A stretch of 64,000 nucleotides of DNA. Origin: a virus. Each line of letters starts with the position of its first letter. Positions within the stretch are counted from its first letter, which is position 1. This document shows positions 51,454 through 62,160 of the stretch, piece by piece. The notes under the pieces were generated by a model. That model made no database searches, was not told the DNA's origin, and saw only the letters and a program-made list of their open reading frames with translations. Made by a program: the position numbers and the translations under genes. Where the stretch lies: positions 1 through 64,000 of IMG/VR virus record IMGVR_UViG_3300007352_000013. One strand, written 5' to 3'.

Positions 51454-52863
51454 ATGAATAAATTAAAAAATATTTTCAATGAAAATGGTTTGGTTATAGA
51501 TAAATCATTTGCAACTATTTCTAACAATTTTAGAAAACTCCCCAATTTCGTTTTCGATTATTTGTCATCTCAATTAATTCATGATTCAAATCCCGAAATT
51601 GGTATATCAAAAATAAATAAAATAATAGAAGAAAATTTTGTAGACTCCGATAAAAAAGAATTAGTTAAAAGTAGAATTAAGGAATTGGGAAGATATTCTT
51701 TTTTGGGAAATATTAGTTGCAGATTTGATCAAAATAAAAATGAATATTTTGCATCTGTAAATGTTTTGGAAGATAATAATATTAGAATAAGTCCTGATGT
51801 TTTAGAAAAATATGGAGATATACTATTAACAACAGGGTGTTATGGAAGTTTATTAATTGCTTTTGAACCATTTACATTAACTAAAAAGAAGAATTATCCA
51901 TTTATTATAATAGATTTTGTTCCATTTCAAATAATAGATATAAATATAGATTCATATATAGAAAAAAGAAAGAATTTTTCGACAGATGAATGGATAGACA
52001 TTATAATAAACAGTATCGGATTTAATCCAAATCTTCTAAATAGAGAACAAAAATTATTGTACATATGCAGACTAACTCCTTTTGTAGAATCTAATCTTAA
52101 TACGATAGAATTGGGAGGAACAGAAACTGCTAAGACACATATATACAGAAATCTTAGCCAATATGGTATATTGCTTTCAGGTTCTAATCCATCTATGGCA
52201 AGTCTATTTTATAATAAACTAAGAAGAACGGTCGGTATCCTTTGTAAAAAGGATTGCGTTATATTTGACGAGATATCTGGGACTAAATTCAACGATGAAG
52301 AATTGATAAATTCTCTTAAAGACTTTATGAATAGTGGAAAATTCTCAAGGGATAAAGTAGAATTAACTTCTGGATGTTCCGTTGTATTTATAGGAAATAT
52401 TGATACCGACACAAATAAACAAGAAGTAAAAAATTATTATCATCACCTATTTGTTCCTCTACCAGTTAAAATAAGGAATGATCGCGCCTTTCTAGATAGA
52501 ATTCATGCATTCTTACCCGGATGGAAACTACCAAGAATCTCTGTGTCTAGCCTATCTTCAGATTATGGATTCATGGCAGATTACATAAGTGAAATATTTC
52601 ATAGATTTAGAGATAAAGATTATTCTAGTATTATTAAATCTAAGATTAAATTTGATAACTCAAGTTTTAGAAATCAACAAGCTGTAACCAAACTTTGTTC
52701 TGCTCTCATTAAAATAATTTATCCAGATAAAAATATGACTGATGATGAATTAAAAGAAATTCTAAATATTTCTATTGACTTGAGGCAAAGGGTTGTTGAT
52801 CAATTAGGAATCATAGCACCTAGTGAATTCAAGGATATCAAAATAAAATGTTCAATAATTTAA
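51454..52863 (+). CDS. brxL: BrxL-like MCM/AAA+ ATPase lacking the Lon protease domain
   Basis: PFVESNLNTIELGGTETAKTHIY, SLFYN, VIFDEIS, LKDFMNSGKFSR, AFLDRIHAFLPGW, GFMADYISE, LRQRV..QL. Confidence 0.78.
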   Translation: MNKLKNIFNENGLVIDKSFATISNNFRKLPNFVFDYLSSQLIHDSNPEIGISKINKIIEENFVDSDKKELVKSRIKELGRYSFLGNISCRFDQNKNEYFASVNVLEDNNIRISPDVLEKYGDILLTTGCYGSLLIAFEPFTLTKKKNYPFIIIDFVPFQIIDINIDSYIEKRKNFSTDEWIDIIINSIGFNPNLLNREQKLLYICRLTPFVESNLNTIELGGTETAKTHIYRNLSQYGILLSGSNPSMASLFYNKLRRTVGILCKKDCVIFDEISGTKFNDEELINSLKDFMNSGKFSRDKVELTSGCSVVFIGNIDTDTNKQEVKNYYHHLFVPLPVKIRNDRAFLDRIHAFLPGWKLPRISVSSLSSDYGFMADYISEIFHRFRDKDYSSIIKSKIKFDNSSFRNQQAVTKLCSALIKIIYPDKNMTDDELKEILNISIDLRQRVVDQLGIIAPSEFKDIKIKCSII

Positions 52864-53345
52864 ATGATATCAATAAGGCTATAATGGATTTTAGATTACA
52901 CAATGGAAGATATCCAAACGTAATCTTTATATCTAAAGAAAATAAAGCCAGTTTTTTTAAAATTATTGATAATCATTATTACTATTCCAACCCATCTCAA
53001 GGTTTTAATGAAATGGAATTACTTGGATTAAAGGTAAAATTTACACAATCTTTAGATGGATTAGATTATGTAGCAGAATTTGATAAATCATCTTCTCTTG
53101 AAAATTTTAATTCAGAATATTTAAATTATCCATCACTACCAGAATATATGAAAAAAATATTTGTTGAAAGACCATATAATGGAGAGAAAACAAAAATACC
53201 AGAGAAACCAAAACAAAAGAAAAAAAGGAGAATAATTTTATGAAAAACAAAACATCTAATGTAATTTGTATCATTCTTTCACTTATAACCATTGGTTGTA
53301 TAAGTGGCATTGTTGTTACAACTCCCGGTTGTAAAAATATAATAA

Positions 53346-53864
53346 ATGGAAGTTGGAGATAAAGTGATAGAAGAATGGAAAGATATTAAAGAATATGAGG
53401 GATTGTATCAGATATCTAATTATGGATTAGTAAAATCCTTTATTTCAAATAAAATATTAAAATATGATATAAAATATGATGGCCATAAAAGGGTAACTCT
53501 TTGTAGAAAAGGTAAAACTAAAAAATTTAATGTCCACAGATTAGTTTTAGAGACTTTCGTTGGTTCATGTCCAGAAGGAATGGAATGTCGTCACTTAGAT
53601 AATGATGCATCAAACAATAAAGTGTCAAATCTAGAGTGGTCAACGCATTATGAAAATATGCAAGATAAATATAAATTTAAAACAATAATAAGAGAAAAAT
53701 GTATAAGAAAAAATTGTAAATTAAACGTAATACAAATTAGAATTATAAGATATTTATTAAAAACAAAAGTATTATTACAAAAAGAAATTGCAAAAATATT
53801 TGATGTCGCAGATTCTCAAATATCAGAAATTAAAAATAATAATCAATGGAGTCATATACGATGA
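53346..53864 (+). mobile_element. NUMOD4-HNH homing-endonuclease-like gene with C-terminal HTH
   Basis: EEWKDIKEYEGLYQISNYG, VHRLV..TF, CRHLDNDASNNKVSNLEW. Confidence 0.85.
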
Positions 53865-54592
53865 GGTATTGTGGAGGAAAATTTAGAATAGCCAAGTCAC
53901 TTACCAATTTTTTAAAATATGTTAGAAAACAAAATCAAGTATTTGTTGATGGAATGGTTGGAGGTGGAAGTATAATAAGATTTATTGATGGAAATAGGAT
54001 AGCAAATGATAAATGCCCATATCTTATAGAATTTTATAAGGCAATCCAAAATGGCTGGAGACCAAAAGAAAATCTTTCTGAACAAGATTATAAAAGATTA
54101 CAGAAATTATATAAAGATGGGGTATGTAACGGAGAAATAGGATTCGGGCTATATTTTTGTTCTTGGGGTGGTAAATTTAATGGTGGTTATGCTAGAAATT
54201 CTAAATTTGATAAATCCTTCAAATTAGTTAACGGTCAACTTAAAGATTGCTATAAATTATCAGATTCAATAAATGACGTTAAATTTATATGTTCAGATTA
54301 TGAAGATTTATTAAAATATCATTTAAAAGTTTTTCAAGATATAAAGTCTAGGTGCTTAATATATTTTGATATTCCATATTTTGGAACTACAGAATACAGA
54401 TTTAAATTCGATCATATTCGTTTTTGGGAAGTAATTAGAGAGTATTCAACTATACACGATATTTATATTAGTGAATACGTAGCGCCAGAAGATTTTGAAT
54501 GTGTATGGAGTATGGAAAGAAAAACTAATTTAAATACTAAAGATGCATGTAAGTCAGACAGGATAGAAAAATTGTTTAAATACATGGGATAA
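53861..54592 (+). CDS. D12-class (Dam-like) DNA adenine methyltransferase
   Basis: RYCGGK, DGMVGGGSI, ANDK, IYFDIPY (DPPY variant), ISEY. Confidence 0.82.
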   Translation: MRYCGGKFRIAKSLTNFLKYVRKQNQVFVDGMVGGGSIIRFIDGNRIANDKCPYLIEFYKAIQNGWRPKENLSEQDYKRLQKLYKDGVCNGEIGFGLYFCSWGGKFNGGYARNSKFDKSFKLVNGQLKDCYKLSDSINDVKFICSDYEDLLKYHLKVFQDIKSRCLIYFDIPYFGTTEYRFKFDHIRFWEVIREYSTIHDIYISEYVAPEDFECVWSMERKTNLNTKDACKSDRIEKLFKYMG

Positions 54593-54593
54593 T

Positions 54594-54806
54594 ATGAAAA
54601 AATATAGAGTCAGATATAGTGAAGTGTTAAATTATAGAGTAGACATCATTGCTAATGATCAAGAAGAGGCTAAAAAGACTTTAAAAAATATTTCTAAAGA
54701 TAAAAGGTATAGTCCAGAACTAATTTCTTCTAGTGGAGAATCCCTTGACTATATGATGGAAGTAGATGAAAATGGGGAAGATATAGAAGGGACAGATTGG
54801 TGTTAA
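54594..54806 (+). CDS. Microprotein of the DpnD/PcfM-like pattern
   Basis: KKYRVRYSEVLNYRVDIIANDQEEAKK. Confidence 0.55.
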   Translation: MKKYRVRYSEVLNYRVDIIANDQEEAKKTLKNISKDKRYSPELISSSGESLDYMMEVDENGEDIEGTDWC

Positions 54807-55663
54807 GATGAAAAAAGAGCTAAGTCGTAGCCCACAAAATATAAATGGAAATACTTGGTATTACGAAGAAAATGATGGTATACATATAATTCATTCTTTC
54901 AACGGTCCCAATTTACCTATGGTAGTTCAAATTAAAATTCCTTATAAAAAACTTAGGGCGACTATGAAAAGATTAAATAAAACTAGACCGAATAGGTCTC
55001 CTGTAGTAGAAAGGGTTAAGAAAAATGGACGGAATGCAAAGATTCATAAATAAGATGTGGGAATGGGGTTGCGAAGTAAAACCAAAAGAGATAATTGCAA
55101 AAGAACAGCAAATAGAAAAGCAAGTCAAAAAATTACTAGAAAGACTTCACAGAATAAAAAAAACTAGACAATATAAAGATATGATTATGTTAGAATCTGA
55201 TGTATATAAGATATACAAACTGATTGAAAGATATGACGATTATATTATGAACGGGGAATAAAATGAAAAGAGCAATTTGTGTATTAATGTGTTTTATTGT
55301 TGGTTGCAACCCATTTAATTCAACTCCATGTAAAAAATGTTCAAATAATGGTTCATTTATTAGAATGAAATTAGATGGAAGAAAATGTCAATATATATGC
55401 CATATTCATGTGTTTCGTGGAAATAAAGATAATCATATAAGATGTATTTATAATAATCTGTATCAAGAATTAGATGTTAGTTCAGATGAATTTATTTTTA
55501 TAGAGGATTAAATGAAAAAAGTTAAATTAATATTAGAATATGATGCTGGTGATTACCATCAAAATCAATGGATATCTATCAATCCAAAAGATTGGGAAGA
55601 GTATATACAGCAGTGCGATCTATTAGCTTGCGATCTGAAGATCTTAGAAGTAAAGGTTGAACA

Positions 55664-56026
55664 ATGTTAAAATTTGGAACAGCACCATTTCTTGAATGTA
55701 GCTCTAAAGGAGATAAAAGATTTAGTGCGTTCTATGCCAGACTGGAAAGATATGGTGGTAAAAGTATAGAAGAAATCTATCAAGCCAGAAAAATATTTGA
55801 GGATGGGTCTAGTGGTCTTTCATGGAAAGAAGCCAAGGGTCGTGAGCCAGTTAATAAAGAAGACGTAAGATTACTGTACGAATATCTATGGGTTGTTTAT
55901 TTTGAAGAGAATCCTTATTTATTAGAAGTTATAAAACAATTTAATGGGTTCTCAGACGTATTCGGACAACCTAATCATTGCTGTCAAGCTGAAGAAATTT
56001 ACAAGATTTGGAGTAAGTTTAGATGA
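55664..56026 (+). CDS. NADAR-like protein (resembles DarT1-associated ADP-ribose-removing antitoxins)
   Basis: LECSSKGDKRFSAFYA, SIEEIYQARKIF, AKGR, LWVVYF, FSDVF; recognised by pattern only. Confidence 0.45.
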   Translation: MLKFGTAPFLECSSKGDKRFSAFYARLERYGGKSIEEIYQARKIFEDGSSGLSWKEAKGREPVNKEDVRLLYEYLWVVYFEENPYLLEVIKQFNGFSDVFGQPNHCCQAEEIYKIWSKFR

Positions 56027-56515
56027 AGACAAAACTTGATATAGAAATTCCAGATGAGTTAATAAACCAAAAAATAGATTCTTTAACCAAAGAGAATATT
56101 AGATTAAAGAGTGAAAATACTCGATTGAAGAATAAATTGGCAATAGCAAAAACTATATCGGAAAAAGCTAATCGTATTATAGAAGCCGTGCGAGAAGCTG
56201 GTGGATTTTGCGATGATGGTTGTTACGGAGATCATTAATAAATGAATAACATTTGTTATATATGTAATATTAATCCGGGAGTGGAGTGTCCGGGTAGAAA
56301 ACCAAATGAAAGAACAAAATGTTTATCTTGTTTAAGAAAATATTTGATAGTAGAAAATATACATAATTCAATATATCAATTAGAATGTATGATAATTATA
56401 ATAAAACATAAAAATGATTGGGAAGAGCAGATAAGAGAAATCATTGAGTTTTATAAAAACAAAGAAAGAAATATTCCAAAATCTGAATTTTACAAAAGTT
56501 TATTAGAGATTAATA

Positions 56516-57106
56516 ATGAAGAATAAAAAAACGATTTTTTTGGATATGGACGGGGTTTTAGTAGATCTTTTCTCTGGAATAGAAAAACAATTTAATATTA
56601 AAAAAGGATTTTTAGAAAGTAAACCCTACCCATGTCTCCCAGACTCTATAGATATAGCAAATAAACTATTAATGACAGAAGAATGTCTTTGGGGAAATAA
56701 AGTTAATGATGTAAAATTTTGGGAAAGCTTACCTAAATATCCTTGGTCCGATGATCTAATAATAGCTTGTTTAAATGCCAACGTAGAAGACGTGTTAATC
56801 TTAACCTCTCCATCAAAAACATGCATGTATTGTTCTAGTGGAAAAGTGGCTTGGTTGAGTAAACATTATCCATTTTTTGTTGCTTATGGGAAAATTGTAA
56901 TAGCAAATAAAAAATATTTGCTTGCTGCAAAAAATCGCGTACTTATTGATGATACAATTGAAAAATGCAAACAGTTTCGTGATGCTGGTGGAGAAGCAAT
57001 ACTTTTCCCACATCCTTACAACAAGAACTATTTCCCTAGTACAGAAAAAGGAGTTTATCAACCCAAAAACGTGGATGAAGTTATAGATATGATAAAGGAA
57101 TTATAA
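56516..57106 (+). CDS. HAD-family 5'(3')-deoxyribonucleotidase
   Basis: IFLDMDGVLVD, ILTSP, GKVAWL, K.L.A, LIDD. Confidence 0.85.
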   Translation: MKNKKTIFLDMDGVLVDLFSGIEKQFNIKKGFLESKPYPCLPDSIDIANKLLMTEECLWGNKVNDVKFWESLPKYPWSDDLIIACLNANVEDVLILTSPSKTCMYCSSGKVAWLSKHYPFFVAYGKIVIANKKYLLAAKNRVLIDDTIEKCKQFRDAGGEAILFPHPYNKNYFPSTEKGVYQPKNVDEVIDMIKEL

Positions 57107-57796
57107 ATGGAATTCTTAGATAAAGTCAAGCAACTATCTCAATTAAATTCTGAAGTTTTAGAGTATCTTAAACCATTTATGGAAATATACAAAAAATATG
57201 AGACAGGACTTGCTAGTCGTAATTGCATTACAGAAATAAAAATAGAAGATGGTCTAGTGTATCTTGTAGGCGAAGAATGGTATTGTGGTGGTACTGATTA
57301 TCATGGTGATAGTTTTAATCCAGAATTATTTAGTAAAGATTTACAATACTTTGAAGACTATTTAATTTTAGAAAAAAATAAAAAATTAGAACAAGAAAGA
57401 CTTAAGAAAGAAGAAAATGAAAGACAAGCCGAAGAATATCAAAGAAAACAATATGAATTATTAAAGAAAAAATTTGAAAAGGAGTAATAAATGCGTGAAA
57501 ATACAAGGGTAGCTATTGTGACAATATTGATTCTTTCATTTATTTTTACTGTTGTCGGATATCTAGGATATCATTTAAGATATGAACAAATGCATCCATG
57601 CCGACCTTATTATCCCTATCAAATTATAGGAGGAACCATAGAAACTGGAGGTAATGCATTTCACTCATATTCATTACATTTAATATATGTTAAAGGAAAG
57701 ATAAAAGATCTTGATGAAGAATGTACTGTTTCTATAAGAGTAACAGAACAAAAATATTACGATTTAATAGAGAAAAAGTTAAAATAGGAGTTGTAC

Positions 57797-58804
57797 ATGT
57801 CTACATATGAATGTCCGGTGATCAAAATAAAGCTAGAGCCGCATCCAGATGCTAATTCTCTAAGCCTTGTTAAATATGGAAATTTTACTCTAGTTGTTAA
57901 GACGGCACAATGGAAAGACGGAGATCTTGCCGTTCATATTCCCGAAGACTATTGTGTTCCTGACACAGAGCAATTTGCTTTTCTTGGAAATAGTAAGAGA
58001 ATAAAACCGAAGAAATTCAGAGGAATTTGGTCTGATGGAATTTTAATAAAAGCACCAGACGGATTAGGTATTGGCGAAAATGCTATGGAAATTCTTGGTA
58101 TCAAAAGATATGATCCAGAAATTGAAATATCATTCAATAATGATAATGAGGCCGAACCTATTGGTAACTGGCCTAGGTATGATGTAGAAGGTTATAAGAA
58201 GTATGCTGATTGGTTTAATCTTGGAGAACAAGTAGTTTGTACCGAAAAAATTCATGGTGCTAGTGCGAGATTTGTTTATATTGAAAGTTATCATCATTTT
58301 CCAGAGCCAGACCCAAGAGATGGTAGTTCACCGATTGTCACTGGTAGGATGTATTGTGGTTCAAGAACTAATTGGAAGAAACAATCAGAAAAAGATCCTT
58401 GGTGGAAGGCTTTACAACAGAATCCTTGGATAGAAATATGGTGTAAAGCTAATCCGGGCTATGCGCTATATGGGGAAATATTTGGGCAAGTTCAAAACCT
58501 AAAATATGGTTGCGAACCGAATCAAATAAGGTTTGCTATCTTCGATATAAGACATGATAGGATTTGGCTAAATCACGATATAGCGAGAGATATGGGCCAC
58601 GGACTATTTTGGGTTCCAGAAATATACAGAGGTCCATTAGATCTTAATAGAATTTCTGAACTAATAGAGTGCGATAGCGTAGTAGGTGGTAAGGGTCATA
58701 TTATGGAAGGTTGTGTGATAAAGCCATTAATAGAAAGAGAATTACACGGCGGCGATAGAGTTCAGCTTAAACTTATAAGTAAGAGATATTTTAATGAAAA
58801 GTGA
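57797..58804 (+). CDS. RNA ligase, DRB0094 family
   Basis: N-terminal HPDANSL...GDLAVHIPED...FRGIWSDG; EKIHGAS, GEIFG, FDI, EGCVIKP, LKLIS. Confidence 0.85.
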   Translation: MSTYECPVIKIKLEPHPDANSLSLVKYGNFTLVVKTAQWKDGDLAVHIPEDYCVPDTEQFAFLGNSKRIKPKKFRGIWSDGILIKAPDGLGIGENAMEILGIKRYDPEIEISFNNDNEAEPIGNWPRYDVEGYKKYADWFNLGEQVVCTEKIHGASARFVYIESYHHFPEPDPRDGSSPIVTGRMYCGSRTNWKKQSEKDPWWKALQQNPWIEIWCKANPGYALYGEIFGQVQNLKYGCEPNQIRFAIFDIRHDRIWLNHDIARDMGHGLFWVPEIYRGPLDLNRISELIECDSVVGGKGHIMEGCVIKPLIERELHGGDRVQLKLISKRYFNEK

Positions 58805-59000
58805 TAAAGAAACATCGTGTAAGACATGCGGTAAAATATATCCAAGATGGAAATTGAATTACTCGCAAGTATGCTTAAAATGCGAGGATGAAAGTATTCC
58901 TTATAGCAATAATAGAGAAAAATGTTCTTTTTCAAATTTATTTTTCAAGCCTTTTATATATATCGGTGAAACCGTATTTAGGATTTTAAGTAAATAAATT

Positions 59001-59792
59001 ATGGAATTTCTAATAGAAGATTTGGTTTTTGAAGACGATATAAAAACTTTAATATCTACTCTTAAATCGAGAAATATTAAATATAAAATTTATAATAAAA
59101 ATGTTATTAATTCATCATATACAAATTTAGATATATATAAATATAAAACTTTTTGTTACGGATCATTAGAATTTATAAAAAAAATAAAGGAATTAAACAA
59201 CCCAAACCTAATTACTTCTTGTACAATAGAAAATTATGATTGTAGAATATATTATCCGCATTTTGCAGCATATAGCAGGATGAAATTCTTATTTAATCAT
59301 AATCCACAGATTGTAAAAGCTAAAGATATTAAGAAATATTTAGATTCATCTAATTTTCTTCGTCCAGCAGTAGGTTATAAACCTAACGGATTCACTGGTG
59401 GAGTATATGAATTAAAAGATCTTGAATATATTAAAAAATGTTTTAATAAAAATGATGAAATTCTCGTATGTAATAGAAAACATATAGATAATGAATACAG
59501 AATTATAGCTAGTAATAACAAATACGTTACTGGCTGTCGGTACAAAACTTCTTGTAAAGAAACTAATAAATTAGGATTTGATCCCGATCCAGTTGTTCCA
59601 GAAAATGTTATGGATTTTATTTATTTTTATCTAAAAAATATTTATTGGTATCCAGATGAAATATATATTATGGATTTTGCTCAATCTGGTCATGAAACAA
59701 AATTATTAGAAATTAATGCGCTCTCAACTTCTGGATGGTACGATTGTGATTATAATAAAATAGTTGATGAAATACTTTTATTGGAGAATTAA
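59001..59792 (+). CDS. ATP-grasp fold protein (R2K/DUF4343-like)
   Basis: FLRP...FTGGV, EYRII, YIMDF, LLEINALSTSGWY.CD. Confidence 0.7.
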   Translation: MEFLIEDLVFEDDIKTLISTLKSRNIKYKIYNKNVINSSYTNLDIYKYKTFCYGSLEFIKKIKELNNPNLITSCTIENYDCRIYYPHFAAYSRMKFLFNHNPQIVKAKDIKKYLDSSNFLRPAVGYKPNGFTGGVYELKDLEYIKKCFNKNDEILVCNRKHIDNEYRIIASNNKYVTGCRYKTSCKETNKLGFDPDPVVPENVMDFIYFYLKNIYWYPDEIYIMDFAQSGHETKLLEINALSTSGWYDCDYNKIVDEILLLEN

Positions 59793-60626
59793 ATGAGTGA
59801 TTTTATATTAGAGCCTATGGTGAAATTATTAAGTCGTCCTGTGATAGATATAGATGGGCTAATGAAGTTTTTAGAAGATCATAATTCTTCATGGCCCGAA
59901 TTTCAAAAGAAGTTAGATAGTAATTTGGATTTGGGGGATAAAGACGCGGAATATATTCCAGAATTAGCTGGAAGAGTTTGTTATATGAGTTTCCCCAAAA
60001 AAGATGGTCAATCCAAGGGGAGAACGCACGAAGAGCATGTAAAACACCTTATTGAAGTTGGACATTTTTCTGTAATAGAGCATTGTAATTTTGGATTTCA
60101 AATCTGGGGAGTTTCAAGATCGTTGACTCACGAATTAGTTAGGCATCGTCATGCATCATATAGCCAATTGTCTCAAAGATATGTTGATAGCAGTGAAGTT
60201 AGATTTATCATCCCTCCAGCTATCCAAGAATTAGAAAAGCAAGACCCCAATCATCCAGTTATAAATAAATGGAAAGAATCTTGTCTAAATTCTAGATTGT
60301 TATATGAAGAAATAACCGAAAGTTTGTCAGAACTTTACAAAGATATAGAAGACAAAACAGAAAGAAGAAAAAAGGCTAGAGAAGCTGCTAGGTCTGTTTT
60401 GGGTAATGCAACAGAAACCAAGATTTTTATAACCATGAATGCTCGCGCGTTAAGACATTTCTTAACATTAAGAGCTAGTGCCGCAGCAGATAGAGAAATT
60501 CGAAATCTTGCAGTTAAGATATTTAAAATAATGGAATTAGAATTTCCTTTATTAATGCATGGTATTGAATTAATTAATTTACCAGATGGTTCTCAAGCTG
60601 TAAAAAACAATTTTAGAGAGTCTTAA
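59793..60626 (+). CDS. thyX: FAD-dependent thymidylate synthase
   Basis: GHFSVIEH, SRSLTHELVRHRHASYSQLSQRY, NARALRHF, R...AADREIR. Confidence 0.95.
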   Translation: MSDFILEPMVKLLSRPVIDIDGLMKFLEDHNSSWPEFQKKLDSNLDLGDKDAEYIPELAGRVCYMSFPKKDGQSKGRTHEEHVKHLIEVGHFSVIEHCNFGFQIWGVSRSLTHELVRHRHASYSQLSQRYVDSSEVRFIIPPAIQELEKQDPNHPVINKWKESCLNSRLLYEEITESLSELYKDIEDKTERRKKAREAARSVLGNATETKIFITMNARALRHFLTLRASAAADREIRNLAVKIFKIMELEFPLLMHGIELINLPDGSQAVKNNFRES

Positions 60627-60627
60627 A

Positions 60628-61236
60628 ATGGCAATATTTATAGATTTAACTGGTAATAAATACAACAGATTAACAGTTATAAGGCGATTAGATAATAAAA
60701 AGAGAGCAACTATTTGGTTGTGCAGATGTGATTGTGGCAATCGAGTTGATGTTTTCGCACAACATTTAAAGAACGGTCATACAAAAAGTTGTGGTTGTTT
60801 TAAAATAGAGAAAGTCACGAAATATGGACACACAACCCATAAAACAAAATCAAAAATATACGGGAAATGGGTTGATATGCACCAAAGATGTAATAATTCA
60901 AACCACAAACACTACAAGTCGTATGGTGGTCGCGGAATAACTGTATGCGAACGATGGTCGAAATTTGAAAACTTTCTTGAAGATATGGGAATTCCTAAGA
61001 ACAAAGATGAGTTAGACAGAGTAGATGTTGATAGTAACTATGAGCCGAATAATTGCAAATGGTCCACAAGAAGAGAGCAATGCAGAAACAAAAGAAATAC
61101 ATTGTACGTAAACTATAAAGGCGAAAGTATAAAATTAATATCATTGGCAGAAAAATATAATATACAATATCATCGTTTATACAATAGGGTAGTAAGACAA
61201 AGTATGTCAATAGACAATGCTTTATCACTAAATTAG
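60628..61236 (+). mobile_element. Free-standing HNH homing-endonuclease-like gene (paralog of 43081..43734)
   Basis: DLTGNKYNRLTV, CRCDCG, KSCGC, MHQRC, YGGRGITVCERW, LDRVDVDSNYEPNNC. Confidence 0.82.
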
Positions 61237-61464
61237 AAAGGTTTAAAATGAAAAATTGTTTTTGGATATGGCCATTTGGCCATATATGGGGTGTCAATGA
61301 AAACAATTCACATCGTAGAAAATGTGTTTTATGTGGCACAGAAAGTATAAGGGGGGTTTATGATGCGGATTGGCATTTTGATATTTCTCCTTATGTAAAA
61401 TCATTGGATATTAAAAGATTTAATAAAAGTATATTAGCTTTAAAAAAGAAGAGAAGAAAATATA

Positions 61465-61947
61465 ATGAGAAGAATAACTAGTTCTTATTATAATTATTAT
61501 TATAAAAATAAGATTAAACTGATAATGAAAATTATATCTAAATTTAGATATATAAATCCAGAAGAGTTAGAATCTATAGCTAGATCAGAATTATTGTATA
61601 GTATGATTTATTTTAATCAATCTTTAGGATCATTTAACACATATCTTTATATAAGAATAAGAGGAAATATTCTTAGATATATTAGGGATGAAAAAGAATG
61701 GTGTAGAAATGATGATATAGATCCAAATTTATTATTTGGTGAAAAAGATCATTGTTCTAGGAATATTTTTGTGAACGAAATACTATCATCCCTTAATCCA
61801 AGAGAAAAACAAATATTAGAACTATATTATTTAGAAAATAATACATTGAGAGAAATATCTGAAAAATTGTGTATATCAACAAATTGTGTTTTTGTTACAA
61901 AAAATAAAGCATTAAATAGAATAAAGGATACATTCTCTTGTCTTTAA
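61465..61947 (+). CDS. Sigma-70-family RNA polymerase sigma factor (small, regions 2+4)
   Basis: SFNTYLYIRIRG (region 2), LNPREKQILELYY...TLREISEKLCIS (region 4 HTH). Confidence 0.8.
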   Translation: MRRITSSYYNYYYKNKIKLIMKIISKFRYINPEELESIARSELLYSMIYFNQSLGSFNTYLYIRIRGNILRYIRDEKEWCRNDDIDPNLLFGEKDHCSRNIFVNEILSSLNPREKQILELYYLENNTLREISEKLCISTNCVFVTKNKALNRIKDTFSCL

Positions 61948-62160
61948 AAGATAAAATATTTGATAATTTAATTCGTATCTTGGAAAAATCCAAAGCTTTT
62001 ATAAGAAAGGATGGTCCATCAGATAAACCGTATTGCGTGTATGGTGAAGAAAGCGGAAAAAATTTTGGATGTTATTCAACTAAGGATGCGGCAGAAAAAA
62101 GATTAAAACAAATAAAGATGTTCAAACACATAAACAAATAATACTAATTGGAGAAAAAAA

